From: Patescibacteria group bacterium | GTDB lineage: Bacteria; Patescibacteriota; Minisyncoccia; Phycocordibacterales; UBA918 | Reading direction: 5' to 3' | Assembly (NCBI GenBank): GCA_039188945.1 | Contig: JBCCYW010000003.1 | Span: forward strand, 8,573-72,572 | Length of the DNA stretch: 64,000 bases | Shown: piece after piece, positions 37,006 to 47,372 of the stretch | How positions within the stretch are numbered: the stretch's first letter is position 1 | Layout: each line of letters opens with the position of its first letter | The notes under the pieces: model-generated | Database searches by the model: none | What the model was told of the DNA's origin: nothing | Seen by the model: the letters and a program-made list of their open reading frames with translations, nothing else | Translations under genes and position numbers: made by a program

Positions 37006-40000
37006 TACGACGAGTATAGAGAAGGAATCCGAAGAATACAACCAGGATTGCAAGATTGACTACTGAACCAGCGGCCTGAGCGCCACCAGCACCCGCATTT
37101 GGTGCCCCGAGTGGAACTATACTCACCTGCTCACCAGCTACAATTCCTTCAGGTGTAACCAGATCACCTCCCTGACCATCACCAGTTGGACTCACTTCGA
37201 CTTCACAGGTTCGAGTTCGACTACCTCGACTCACTTCCATCAAGAAGGTAGTGTCTTCGGTGATAGTAGTTTCAAATGAACCATCATCAACATCAGTCGG
37301 ATCGTCTGAGCTAAAGATCTCGGTTCCATTTGCAAACAACACAATATCAGTCGTTCGTCGTGTCTCCCAGGTAAGGGTTACTTCCCCATTATCCTCATCT
37401 GCTTCAAAGAGTGTACAACGTGGTGCGCTTGATCCACCAGAACCGCCGCCGCCACTTGGTGTGTCAGCTACTTCGATCAGACCAAAGTTGAATGGACCGA
37501 AGCTTGGCACCTGAGCGTGGGCCGTCGGAATAATGAATTCACGTACCGATTGCAAGAACGTAGTAGCCACAACTTCTGGTACGGTTACCACATGCTCACC
37601 GCTATCAGGGAAAACATTTTGCCAACCACCTTGCGTTACCTGAGTGATAGTCCAGGTTCCCGCTGGTACATTCAATTTGTAGTAGCCAGTTGAGTCTGTA
37701 GTAGTTGAGAAGGTTTGCTCGCCATCGGTTGCTTTGACGGTCCACCCACTCAAACGTGACTCCTCCTCATCAATTACATCATCTTCATCCTCATCATTCC
37801 ACACGAAGCCATCGAGCATGTAGAGTTGTTGCTGATTATCTTGGAATTGATTTCCGAAGTCACAGCGGTATTCACCTCCATTAGCGTACTCAAACACACA
37901 TACTCCCGGATCTTCTGGAGCGGTCTGCGTCCAGCCGATTTGGTTAGCTTCTGAGATAGTCCATTCGCCTTCTGGCAACCAGAAATAGTAGTACCCTTCG
38001 GTATCAGTCGTGGTTGATACTTCAGTTTCTCCATTAGATGCGAAGATAGTCCAGTTTGGCAGATACTGTTCTTGATCATCTTTCTCACCATTTCCATTCT
38101 CATCACTCCACTTGTAGCCATCGACATAGAATTCTTTCGGTTCTTCAGGATCAGGCATAGTAGTGACTGCACATTGAGCCAAACCATCGACAGTCAACTT
38201 GTAGAGCAGGCCAGCTGGATTCTGACGATTGTTGGCGTTCTGATTTCCAACATTAGTAACCTCGATTACCAATTCATTATTTCCTTCAACTAAGGCACTC
38301 GTCACGTCTTTTGAGGTCTGCGTGTGTGACTGGAAATTATTGTTTTGACCAGACCGGTCGATCACTAATTCACCATTAAGGTATGCTTTGTAACGATTAT
38401 CTGCGGCCACTTCAAGCAAGCCCGTGTGTGGACCAGATACCGTAAAGGTTTCCTTGAAGGTATAGGTCTCGTCTTGATCAGGGTTCTCAACAAACTCACT
38501 GTTCCAAATCCACGTTGCATCATCAATGTCTGCTGTCCAATTTGGGTGTACGTAGGTAGAAGTTGCGTAGGTATTACCCTCAACAACAACTGTCCCACTA
38601 TCACTCACCATTTCAATTGAACACTTCGGCGCTTCTTCACACACCAACGACACGTTGTCGAGGAACGTACCTGATGAATTTGGTACCCCAGCGTCTTGGA
38701 AAGAAATGTCTGTCACATAATTCTCAGCTGTGAAGCTATATGAATCACTCGCCCAAGCAACATCGCTTCCTCCAGCCATACCGTTAGTAACTTCTACATC
38801 ACCATCAACCAATACTTCGAGCTGATTCTGCGCCGCATTGGTGTCTGGTCGTGGTGAGAAGTCCCAACTCAGTACGTAATTCTCTCCCGGAATGGTTGGA
38901 ATTCCTTGCGTAATCTTCACGGAAGCTTCTTCGCTACCTCCACCACTCGGGCCTTCCCAGTCACCATCAAGCTCTGCGTACTGATCACCATCTGACGCTG
39001 CCCAACCCTGAACATCTCGTTGTAATTCAAGCGATGCCTCATCTGGTGCGCCGGCAAAATCGTCAACAAACTCAACTGTCCACGCGAGCGCAGGATAGGT
39101 AGTGAGATCAAAGATATCCCACGCACCATCGACTTCAGGTGCCTCGAATGACGGATTTGTGATGAGATTAACACCAGGCTCACAGGTCAGCTTTGGCTTT
39201 TCGACATTCCAAGCCACACAGTAGTATGTTTCACCATTCTTAAGATCATCAATTCGATCGTAGTTGTCGTAGTTCTTTACATCGATGTGACAGTACATTT
39301 CTGCGGTAACATCATCAGTATTCCTCTTACCTTCTGCTTCATGTGTAAATGGAATATATCCCTCCTGGAGTACCTCACGGAACCAGAGATGTTTTCCTTC
39401 CCGATAGTCATCAGCAGAAAGCGTGATTGAAGCCTTGCCGTCTTGATCAGTTGGACCGAAGGTGTTCCAAGGATCACCAGCTTCACCCATAAATTCATCT
39501 CCAGGATCAAAGGCGTTTTTAGGACCCCACTGGAATTCCCAATCTGGTTCAAGACGACAGCTGTCGTTATTAGCTACCCAATCAGCGGCAGTACTTTCGT
39601 CCATGTCTGGACCTCCCTTACCATAATTCGGCAACTGGGACTCATCCGTACATACGATCTTGTGTGCCACGATAGTAATTTGATCTTCCGGCACAGGACA
39701 AAATGATCCATCTCCCCAAGCAAATGGTCCGGTCTGCAAGAGTGGTGTATCAGCGACAAATGGACTGAGTGTGAATGGGTAGAAACCATCTTCACGTGTA
39801 TACGCATAGTACGTACCATCTTTACCAGCCGCACTGGTAATTCGTTGATTTCCAACCGCTAGAGTGCCGAGCAGTGTCTCAGCGTAGCTCATGCTGTCGA
39901 TGCTATACACTTGCCCTTTATTTCGTACATAGACAATCACATCATCTTCGTACACGACATCACCACCCGCTACATCTAGATCAAGATCATGAAGCTTCGT

Positions 40001-42421
40001 CGCAGCGCCAGAAACTGGATTGATTTTGTAGAGAGCATCGTTATTTTCTGTAAGAGCATACAGAGTCCCATCAGGAGCAAACTCCATAGCAACGGGCTTT
40101 TTGCTCTTTATACCGGTATTGCCAATCGTAGTAATAGCTCCCAGGTCGTTATCAAGTGTCACCAGCTCTCCAGTAGCTCTATTAATCGAATAGACTTGCT
40201 CATCTGACGACACAGCAAGCACTGGAAAGAGGTCAATGTCGTACGTGCCAAATAGTGTGGCCGCTCCAGTCATTTCATTAACGGTATGTAAGCTGCTTTG
40301 CGCTGGCGCATCAGTTTCAGTATCGAGATACAAAAGCCCGGCCTCACACTGATAGACCTCTGGTTCAGGCTCTTTCACGAAACACACCGCGGTGTTATCA
40401 ATCAATGACCCGAGACCATTAGCATCTCCCATGTCGGCGAACGAAATGTCAGTCTCTTCGCCAGTAGCTACAAATGTAGTGGTGTGAGTATCCCAAGACT
40501 TTTCACTAAGTCCATTACCCGAACCAGTAGCGCTAAGAACCTCAATATCATCTACAAGAGCTTGTACCTTGTTATCATTTTCACCAGTACGTGGACGCGG
40601 TGAAAAATCAAAACGAAGTTCATAGGTTGCTCCCGGAATAGTCTCAATAGTCTGTGTGATTTTACTTGGTGCGGTGGTATCAAGCTCAAGATTTTGCTCA
40701 CCATCTGAAGCGGGACCAAATAGTCCGCGCCAGATCTCACCAGTAATGCTACTGTCGTCAGACACCTTGGTTACTACCCAATCGGTGATCGAGCTGAGCG
40801 TCCAGCTCTGGCTGATTGCAGGATCTTCAAACGAAGGGTTTTCGAGAAGATTCTCACCAATCTGACACACCGGCGGAATGATAATCTCAGTCGGTTCAAA
40901 ATCGTAAGTTGTCTTATGAATGACATTATCAGCCAGTACGCCAATAACAAGTTCATCGACATGACTTTCAAGTCCAGCATTTGATGAACCACCCTTGAGG
41001 AAGAATTGTCCTAGTTCACCAACCTGAATACCCGCATGAGGCGCAATCGTGAGCACTTCAGCAGCGGTACAAGGACTACCTTGTGTACACGCACCACCAA
41101 GTGCGCTACCGCTAGATGCCCACCACTTGCCAGCCAGCGCATCCCAGGTTTTCCATTCATTCAATGCTTCGGTGTCACTACTTGGATTTGAGTGATAAGG
41201 CTCAAAAATGAGTCGGCCCTGCCAAGTCTCAACATCATCATCAAGGTTCTCATCGAAGTTAAACGCTAGCGCAATGTTTGTAACATTATCTTCTGCAATC
41301 TTGTACGTGCTGTACATAAGCATGGTGAGCGCGTCGAGTCGTGTGCCAGCGAAGTTATTGGTGGCGATACCATACTGGTCGCCAGCTTCTGGGAGTGTCA
41401 GCAGTACATTACCTTCACCAATTTTTTGGGTGTCAGGATCAAATGAGAATTCGTAACGACCAGCTTTGCTGGTAGTGGTTGGTACATTTGTGTCACCACT
41501 CTCAGCGTCACTGTCTACCCAAAAGTACCAGTCAGATGGCACTGACAGTGCAAGCTCATCTTCTTTAACGACAACCGTTTTTTCGCGAACTTCTGGTTCC
41601 GGTATAGGGCATTTGGTTCCAGCTAGTCCAGCCGTGTCAGTGCTGCCAAGTAAGTTCCAGACAATGTTTGAACCGTCCCAATTATCAATCTTAATGGGAG
41701 CACCTTGATTAAATGGAGTACGTCCTGGCCGTCCTGCAACCGTATCTGGTAGTCCAAACTCTTCAATGAATTTACTCTCGAATGAACTAGGAGTGACGTT
41801 ATTGTTCTCTCCGAATGGGATTGTTGTAGTTACACCAGTTTTGTTTTCGTAACCAAAGTACGCAATGTATTTACCATCATTATTGGGATCATCTTCCCAA
41901 CACTCAAAAATACCGTTGAGTTCCTTGGCGGTTGGCAGTGGATCAGATTGTTGGACAGCTGCTTCGCCAGAGTATGTCTGATCTAAATTCGCATTAGTGA
42001 AACTAACGTTAAGCACCTCGTTACCCTCATTATCTTCGAGAATAAACGATTCACTGCCGGAGTTATTCCATACATTTGAAGTACCCCAGATTGCATCGCA
42101 CGTACTGGTTGGAGCTACGTCCTGACAGACTTTATAGCTTTCTCCAGTCGCAAGTGTCACCGCCCCGAATGTATACGAGAAGCTTGCAGCGTCTTTGACC
42201 TCCCAATTAAATAGATCGAGAGCACCGGTGCCTGAATACGAAATAGTAAACGACTCAGGTCCTGATGACGGATTTGCTAATACGGCCCCCGTTACCAATC
42301 CATCTGCCGCTGCATGCGCGACAAAAAAAGACGCTGGAAAAGCGCTCAACATCATCGATACAGCAGTAACGACCGCAAGGAAGCGTGCTGTGGCACGGTT
42401 GGTTGATGTAAAAATATTCAT
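36992..42421 (-). CDS. Large sortase-anchored surface protein (~1810 aa; LTD-like, DUF642-like x2, propeller-like, SdrD B-like x2)
   Basis: Signal peptide ending AHA; VWNNSGSE LTD-like; two NL..NPSFE.P/ASDG.Q..ELD/SPRP repeats; two G..W.D...G..D..E..L..WT SdrD-B repeats; C-terminal VPLGAPNAGAGG + TM + RR. Confidence 0.88.
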   Translation of the reverse strand: MNIFTSTNRATARFLAVVTAVSMMLSAFPASFFVAHAAADGLVTGAVLANPSSGPESFTISYSGTGALDLFNWEVKDAASFSYTFGAVTLATGESYKVCQDVAPTSTCDAIWGTSNVWNNSGSESFILEDNEGNEVLNVSFTNANLDQTYSGEAAVQQSDPLPTAKELNGIFECWEDDPNNDGKYIAYFGYENKTGVTTTIPFGENNNVTPSSFESKFIEEFGLPDTVAGRPGRTPFNQGAPIKIDNWDGSNIVWNLLGSTDTAGLAGTKCPIPEPEVREKTVVVKEDELALSVPSDWYFWVDSDAESGDTNVPTTTSKAGRYEFSFDPDTQKIGEGNVLLTLPEAGDQYGIATNNFAGTRLDALTMLMYSTYKIAEDNVTNIALAFNFDENLDDDVETWQGRLIFEPYHSNPSSDTEALNEWKTWDALAGKWWASSGSALGGACTQGSPCTAAEVLTIAPHAGIQVGELGQFFLKGGSSNAGLESHVDELVIGVLADNVIHKTTYDFEPTEIIIPPVCQIGENLLENPSFEDPAISQSWTLSSITDWVVTKVSDDSSITGEIWRGLFGPASDGEQNLELDTTAPSKITQTIETIPGATYELRFDFSPRPRTGENDNKVQALVDDIEVLSATGSGNGLSEKSWDTHTTTFVATGEETDISFADMGDANGLGSLIDNTAVCFVKEPEPEVYQCEAGLLYLDTETDAPAQSSLHTVNEMTGAATLFGTYDIDLFPVLAVSSDEQVYSINRATGELVTLDNDLGAITTIGNTGIKSKKPVAMEFAPDGTLYALTENNDALYKINPVSGAATKLHDLDLDVAGGDVVYEDDVIVYVRNKGQVYSIDSMSYAETLLGTLAVGNQRITSAAGKDGTYYAYTREDGFYPFTLSPFVADTPLLQTGPFAWGDGSFCPVPEDQITIVAHKIVCTDESQLPNYGKGGPDMDESTAADWVANNDSCRLEPDWEFQWGPKNAFDPGDEFMGEAGDPWNTFGPTDQDGKASITLSADDYREGKHLWFREVLQEGYIPFTHEAEGKRNTDDVTAEMYCHIDVKNYDNYDRIDDLKNGETYYCVAWNVEKPKLTCEPGVNLITNPSFEAPEVDGAWDIFDLTTYPALAWTVEFVDDFAGAPDEASLELQRDVQGWAASDGDQYAELDGDWEGPSGGGSEEASVKITQGIPTIPGENYVLSWDFSPRPDTNAAQNQLEVLVDGDVEVTNGMAGGSDVAWASDSYSFTAENYVTDISFQDAGVPNSSGTFLDNVSLVCEEAPKCSIEMVSDSGTVVVEGNTYATSTYVHPNWTADIDDATWIWNSEFVENPDQDETYTFKETFTVSGPHTGLLEVAADNRYKAYLNGELVIDRSGQNNNFQSHTQTSKDVTSALVEGNNELVIEVTNVGNQNANNRQNPAGLLYKLTVDGLAQCAVTTMPDPEEPKEFYVDGYKWSDENGNGEKDDQEQYLPNWTIFASNGETEVSTTTDTEGYYYFWLPEGEWTISEANQIGWTQTAPEDPGVCVFEYANGGEYRCDFGNQFQDNQQQLYMLDGFVWNDEDEDDVIDEEESRLSGWTVKATDGEQTFSTTTDSTGYYKLNVPAGTWTITQVTQGGWQNVFPDSGEHVVTVPEVVATTFLQSVREFIIPTAHAQVPSFGPFNFGLIEVADTPSGGGGSGGSSAPRCTLFEADEDNGEVTLTWETRRTTDIVLFANGTEIFSSDDPTDVDDGSFETTITEDTTFLMEVSRGSRTRTCEVEVSPTGDGQGGDLVTPEGIVAGEQVSIVPLGAPNAGAGGAQAAGSVVNLAILVVFFGFLLYTRRNATE

Positions 42422-42535
42422 AAAAATAGCCTCTAAACTACTAATCCCACACACAGAGAAAATGCGTGTACGCCCATCCTACACCTTTATTTCATTCCTG
42501 CAAAGTTTATGAAATGGGATTAGCTTTTAGTCAAG

Positions 42536-43438
42536 CTATTGCATTGACTCACCGATCCTGCGGACCGTATCCATGCCAGCACAAGCACCCATCATATTAG
42601 TGTCGATTACTTCAGCTTCGAGCTCTTGAGCTCGCAACTCAGCATCATCTTTATGAGCATACATACGCTCCACGAAGGCTCGTCGCTCTCCGGCCATCTC
42701 TTGCAAACTCACCGCGTTATCAAACATCCACGGGAAAACGCCACAAGCATGAAACGTTCGCTCCTCCTCACCCAATAAGCCGAGTACTCGCACCTGGTTA
42801 CCTGTCTTTAACGTAAAGATGTCTTGATCATACAGGTCAGCGATCTGCAGCTTCCATTCACTACCAGTGATATCGATAAAGCGGATAATGTTATCACCCT
42901 GCAAACCATGGACCTGACCAACCAAACGACCTTCCTCAGGCTGTTGCCAGAGCGCCAACTCACGATTTTCTTGCGAAGAATAATAAGGCATCATGTCGCC
43001 AATTTTGTTATCAATCAAGCCCCCAAGACCAGCCGCCTGAAGCCCTAAGCCCCCAAAGACACTGAGTGCGAGACTGCTTACTACAATTGTCGACAATGAG
43101 TAACGATAGCCCCGACCTGAGTTCTTAAAGTTGTAGTACGCAGCCACCACCATCAAAAACAACACCACCACCCACAGATACGGTAGTGCGCTGACAATAA
43201 AGGTAAATGAATTCTCATGAGTGGCTTCATAAAACGCGTAGCGTGTATGGAGAATAGAGAATACCGAGATTGCAACCGCTAAGGCCCCCACCACAATGGA
43301 GACAGCCCACAGCATGCGCATCAGGCACTGAGCACAGAAAAATACCACCCATGGAGTTGGTTTGATTTGCTCTTCGTTTATCTTATCCATCACGCTATTG
43401 GTGAGAGCTGATTCTGTTTTATGATTATCCATACTCAT
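42536..43438 (-). CDS. Putative membrane anti-sigma factor (3 TM + extracytoplasmic domain)
   Basis: Immediately downstream of the ECF sigma; LTNSVMDKI N-terminal motif; three hydrophobic segments. Confidence 0.65.
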   Translation of the reverse strand: MSMDNHKTESALTNSVMDKINEEQIKPTPWVVFFCAQCLMRMLWAVSIVVGALAVAISVFSILHTRYAFYEATHENSFTFIVSALPYLWVVVLFLMVVAAYYNFKNSGRGYRYSLSTIVVSSLALSVFGGLGLQAAGLGGLIDNKIGDMMPYYSSQENRELALWQQPEEGRLVGQVHGLQGDNIIRFIDITGSEWKLQIADLYDQDIFTLKTGNQVRVLGLLGEEERTFHACGVFPWMFDNAVSLQEMAGERRAFVERMYAHKDDAELRAQELEAEVIDTNMMGACAGMDTVRRIGESMQ

Positions 43439-43440
43439 AC

Positions 43441-44028
43441 TTAAATACGCACTGATTCTATATTTATTTTGTCTCGCAACTGCTTCTTTCCGCGATGAAT
43501 CAAGGTACCCACCGAACCAACTGGGATCTTCAAAATGTCTGAAATTTCCTCATATTCTTTATGTTCAAAAAAGCGAAGAATGAGTACTTGTTTATATTTC
43601 TCGTCAACCAACATTAACGCTGACTCCAGCTCAACGGCATTGATTGCTTTATCAAACTGCACTTCAGATGAATCATTTTCGCTGGCGATAATACCTAAGA
43701 TCTCATCGCTATCACCAACCAAGTGACCCTCTGGGCGCACATTTCGCTTACGATACCAACTAATCGCTTCGTTATGAGCAATCCGGTAAATCCAAGATGA
43801 AAACGAGAGATCAGGGTTGAAGGCGTTCAGGTTTCGATAGACCTTAATAAAAATCTCTTGTAAGACATCTTGACGATCTTCAACCGTGCGGACCCCAAGA
43901 CGAGTCACGTATCGTCCTAATTTATCTTCGTATCGCTCAACAATATGCCCAAAAAAGGCATTTTCATTCAGGGCGAGACGAACAATTTCTTCGTCTGACA
44001 TAATTTCTTTTTCGTCCAGAAGACTCAT
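43441..44028 (-). CDS. ECF-family RNA polymerase sigma factor
   Basis: DVLQEIFIKVY, FSSWIYRIAHN (region 2); YEEISDILKIPVGSVGTLIHRGKKQL (region 4). Confidence 0.93.
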   Translation of the reverse strand: MSLLDEKEIMSDEEIVRLALNENAFFGHIVERYEDKLGRYVTRLGVRTVEDRQDVLQEIFIKVYRNLNAFNPDLSFSSWIYRIAHNEAISWYRKRNVRPEGHLVGDSDEILGIIASENDSSEVQFDKAINAVELESALMLVDEKYKQVLILRFFEHKEYEEISDILKIPVGSVGTLIHRGKKQLRDKINIESVRI

Positions 44029-44087
44029 ACGTACTACGGCAGCCACCATAATTTATTGCAGCGGTCCAAATGTAGTAGAATACTCGC

Positions 44088-44609
44088 ATGAAATTAGGAA
44101 AAATAAAACTCACACTCATGGTGCTTAGTGCTCTATTTGTGCTTCCCCAAGCAAGCCAAGCATACTTCACCACTGACCAATCAGCTTTTCTGATTAGTGA
44201 TAACGCTGCTCTACTAACCATTTCGTATAGTTTCGGTTTCTCTAGCCGAGAAGCACTTCTACCTATTGCTGCAGTACGTGGTGAAACTGAAAGTCAGGCT
44301 GTACTGGGTTATGAGTTGTTGGAAGATAGCCGAGCCAGTACCAGCGTTGGGACAGCCGCTGGAATCATTGTCAGCGACGCCGAAGTTCGTAACGGTCAGT
44401 ACTATATTCCAGCCGGACAGACCGCTGACTTTACGTTGGTAGTTGTCCTTACCACCGAACCAACTGACCCAGAGATTGACTACGCTCTCCAGGTTAGCCA
44501 CCTACCCTTTACTATGATCACAGCCGATGGCACGGTACTAGAAAATGGTCTGACTGACAGCGAGCTCTCCTACTACATCTCACCTGAAGTAGACCTCAAC
44601 GAAGAGTAA
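44088..44609 (+). CDS. Secreted hypothetical protein
   Basis: Signal peptide ending SQA; TAGAAT 6 nt before ATG. Confidence 0.75.
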   Translation: MKLGKIKLTLMVLSALFVLPQASQAYFTTDQSAFLISDNAALLTISYSFGFSSREALLPIAAVRGETESQAVLGYELLEDSRASTSVGTAAGIIVSDAEVRNGQYYIPAGQTADFTLVVVLTTEPTDPEIDYALQVSHLPFTMITADGTVLENGLTDSELSYYISPEVDLNEE

Positions 44610-44613
44610 ATAT

Positions 44614-45330
44614 ATGTCTGACGAACCAGTCCGACTCAACAAATACCTCGCCCATGAAGGCATCGCTTCTCGACGAGAGGCTGATGCGCTGATTGCAGCC
44701 GGAAAAGTTTTCGTCAATGGCGAGAAGGCTGAACTTGGCACTAAAGTGACGAGTGCTGATGAGGTCACTCTCACCGGAACACAAAAAACAAAAAAGTACC
44801 TAGCCTACTACAAAGGTCGCGGTGTTATTACGCATTCACCAGGTGAAAACGAGACCGACATCATGGAAAAGCTGGCGGCTGATTATGGTATTACCGATGT
44901 TAATCCGATTGGTCGTTTAGACAAAGATTCTGAAGGCTTGATCCTTCTCTCCACTGACGGCCGTATCACTGGACCACTCTTAGATCCTGAAGCTAATCAC
45001 GAGAAAGAATATGATGTCACCGTTGATAAGCCAATCAACCAATGGTTTTTACGCCATATGGCTGAAGGTGTTGATATTGAAGGCTATCAAACCAAGCCTA
45101 CCGCCATTACCGCCAACGAGAAGAATAGGAAGCGGTTCAGACTCATTCTAACTGAAGGTAAGAAGCACCAAATTCGGCGGATGTGTGCCGCTCTTGGCTA
45201 CCAAGTGCAGGATCTCAAACGAGTTCGTATTGTGAATATTGAATTAGGTGACCTAAAACCAAATCAATTTCGAAACATCAAAGGTGGTGAGCTTGCAAAA
45301 CTACTGCATTCTCTTGCTATAAAAAAGTAG
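44614..45330 (+). CDS. RsuA/RluB/RluF-family pseudouridine synthase
   Basis: S4 domain RLNKYLA..GIASRREAD; GRLDKDSEGL; LTEGKKHQIRRM. Confidence 0.93.
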   Translation: MSDEPVRLNKYLAHEGIASRREADALIAAGKVFVNGEKAELGTKVTSADEVTLTGTQKTKKYLAYYKGRGVITHSPGENETDIMEKLAADYGITDVNPIGRLDKDSEGLILLSTDGRITGPLLDPEANHEKEYDVTVDKPINQWFLRHMAEGVDIEGYQTKPTAITANEKNRKRFRLILTEGKKHQIRRMCAALGYQVQDLKRVRIVNIELGDLKPNQFRNIKGGELAKLLHSLAIKK

Positions 45331-45341
45331 ACGCCGCAATG

Positions 45342-45821
45342 TTAGCGACGCCATACTAGCGAGATGAGCAAGAAAAGACCAGCTGTAAGTGCGGCAGCAA
45401 GGCTACCAAGAGCTATTGCTAACTGACAGAGTGCCAAAATAGCCGGATACCCAAGCAAAGCAAAGATCAGCAGATCATGCGGCCACGAATCACCACCAAA
45501 TATAAACTTTAAGCAAACGAGCGTACACACCATGGGCAACAGTACGTGAGGTCTTAGATCGACCTCTTCCACTATTCCATGTTGAGCAGTATCAAATAGG
45601 CGTCTTCCTTCTTTGGCTGAGGAAATGATCGTCAGCACCAACAAGCAATGCAGCAAGTACCAATCGTAGAGTGTTGTGAGCACGATCTCGATTGGTCCAT
45701 TTTCTGTATTTTCGTGGTTAGCCACCATAACGAGCGCTAGGCTAAATACAGTGGCGATGAGTGTGACAAGAAATGGCAGCGGCAAATTCAGCAACCATCT
45801 TGCCAATTGCCGTACCATCAT
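45342..45821 (-). CDS. Hypothetical multi-pass membrane protein
   Basis: 159 aa with several hydrophobic segments; AAAGGA upstream of the start. Confidence 0.6.
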   Translation of the reverse strand: MMVRQLARWLLNLPLPFLVTLIATVFSLALVMVANHENTENGPIEIVLTTLYDWYLLHCLLVLTIISSAKEGRRLFDTAQHGIVEEVDLRPHVLLPMVCTLVCLKFIFGGDSWPHDLLIFALLGYPAILALCQLAIALGSLAAALTAGLFLLISLVWRR

Positions 45822-45956
45822 CTCGTGTCCTTTCCGTTTTCTTATTTAGTTATCTATTGCTTTAGGAAAAAAGTCAATCACCACGGTGGGTTACCGGAAA
45901 ACGCAATGTGCGCAAAGTAGTATAGAATCAATCCAACTAAAGCAATCACTGTGTAT

Positions 45957-46607
45957 TTAATCAGCATGAAGCGGTCGATTACGATATCGCCACGTTGCGT
46001 ACATCAGTCCAAGTAATAGCAAGATACCCAGCGGTAGGTAGACTCTCGAAACGGTAAACAATTTGAAAATTGAATAACCGTGGAAGGCGTGGGCAGATCG
46101 AATGCTGGCTAGTGAGCTAAAGTAACCGACACCACTTTCCTCAGTACCCATCCAAAGGGCATATTGGCCGAGGTTCTCTGGATTACTAACTTCCAGTCGG
46201 TACACCCCAGGTTCAAGCTCACCTTCAAACACTTCTCCACTGAGATAATCAATCCGACTGTCAGGGTCAGTCACCTCAATCCATTCACCGTCTTCTCGTT
46301 TCAGACGCATGATTTCAGTCACCCCACCGCGATCTTTTTCACGCACTAAAATAACCGAAAAGGTTGGATCAATCTCACCGTCCTGATAAGCCAATATGTG
46401 CGCTTGAAATGGAGCAGGATCTCTCAAGACAAATTGGTAGGTGTCTGGAAAACCTACCAATTCTCCAAGATACTGGATTCGGTCAGTTGGTTGCTCAACA
46501 TCATAGACCGCGTATTGTTGTGGTAATTCGTTACGCTCAACCGAGAACGCTATGGCTACCACCGGTAAAAAGAAGAAGGTTAGAAAACAAACAAGGCGTT
46601 TCATCAT
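45957..46607 (-). CDS. Secreted protein with C-terminal TM anchor
   Basis: Signal peptide; LEPGVYRLEV...GQYAL..G..E; C-terminal TM followed by basic residues. Confidence 0.72.
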   Translation of the reverse strand: MMKRLVCFLTFFFLPVVAIAFSVERNELPQQYAVYDVEQPTDRIQYLGELVGFPDTYQFVLRDPAPFQAHILAYQDGEIDPTFSVILVREKDRGGVTEIMRLKREDGEWIEVTDPDSRIDYLSGEVFEGELEPGVYRLEVSNPENLGQYALWMGTEESGVGYFSSLASIRSAHAFHGYSIFKLFTVSRVYLPLGILLLLGLMYATWRYRNRPLHAD

Positions 46608-46627
46608 GACAGTATACCAACCATTAC

Positions 46628-47128
46628 TTATTCTTCATCAAACACTTGCCAAATGCTCGACATTGCCTGAGCGAACGCACTTTCGGTTGAGAAACGGGTG
46701 CCACAGGTGTCTAGACTGAACTGCTGATCGCCAGCAGTAATCTCATACAGTAAGTCATTTCCAGCCCCAAACGAAGGACAGCTAACTGGCTCGACCAGCT
46801 CAGAGGCAGTAACAAAATTGGTTTCTCTGATGGCCGAGTTCACCTCTTCAAGCTGTGAAGGGGTGATTTCAGTTTCTAGTAATTCACTATTCCCACCCGC
46901 ACTAAATCGCAGCTGGCCATCACTACGCAGTTGAAACGCCGCGCAAGCACCGTCGGTCTCGCACCCACCGTACTCTTCGGCCACAATGACATAGTCAGGA
47001 TCAAGATTAGTCAGACTTTCTTCTAAAGTAACTGCCGTAGGCACAAACCCAATCACATATAGATATCCCCCGGTCACCATACCGATTACAAAGGTAGAAA
47101 TAATGAGTTGTTTGTCTTGCTTTTTCAC
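46628..47128 (-). CDS. Membrane-anchored hypothetical protein
   Basis: N-terminal TM, paired cysteines; TATAAT 6 nt before GTG. Confidence 0.7.
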   Translation of the reverse strand: MKKQDKQLIISTFVIGMVTGGYLYVIGFVPTAVTLEESLTNLDPDYVIVAEEYGGCETDGACAAFQLRSDGQLRFSAGGNSELLETEITPSQLEEVNSAIRETNFVTASELVEPVSCPSFGAGNDLLYEITAGDQQFSLDTCGTRFSTESAFAQAMSSIWQVFDEE

Positions 47129-47141
47129 ACTGTCATTATAC

Positions 47142-47162
47142 TGCGGAGAGAGGGGGATTCGA
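47142..47162 (-). repeat. 21-bp duplicate of the tRNA-Ser 3' end
   Basis: TGCGGAGAGAGGGGGATTCGA is identical at 47142-47162 and 47284-47304. Confidence 0.85.
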
Positions 47163-47285
47163 TTCTTACAGAATCAGTACAGGTTGTCGCTCGTTTTACA
47201 AACGAGCTGGCAACCTTTTCGAATCCTTCTCCTCACCCAATGATAATGCACTCACATGGTTCCCGTCCATGTTCGCACATCATTG

Positions 47286-47372
47286 CGGAGAGAGGGGGAT
47301 TCGAACCCCCGATACGGTTGCCCGTATACATCCTTTCCAAGGATGCGCGATCGACCACTCTGCCATCTCTCC
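47286..47372 (-). tRNA. tRNA-Ser(GGA), CCA not encoded
   Basis: GGAGAGA acceptor stem; D-loop GAGTGG; anticodon arm CATCC-TT-GGA-AA-GGATG; long variable arm; GGTTCGAATCC T-loop; discriminator G. Confidence 0.96.

Noticed and set aside
47142-47304. Intact prophage or genomic island at tRNA-Ser
   Set aside because: Only ~120 bp between the repeats; no integrase in the window
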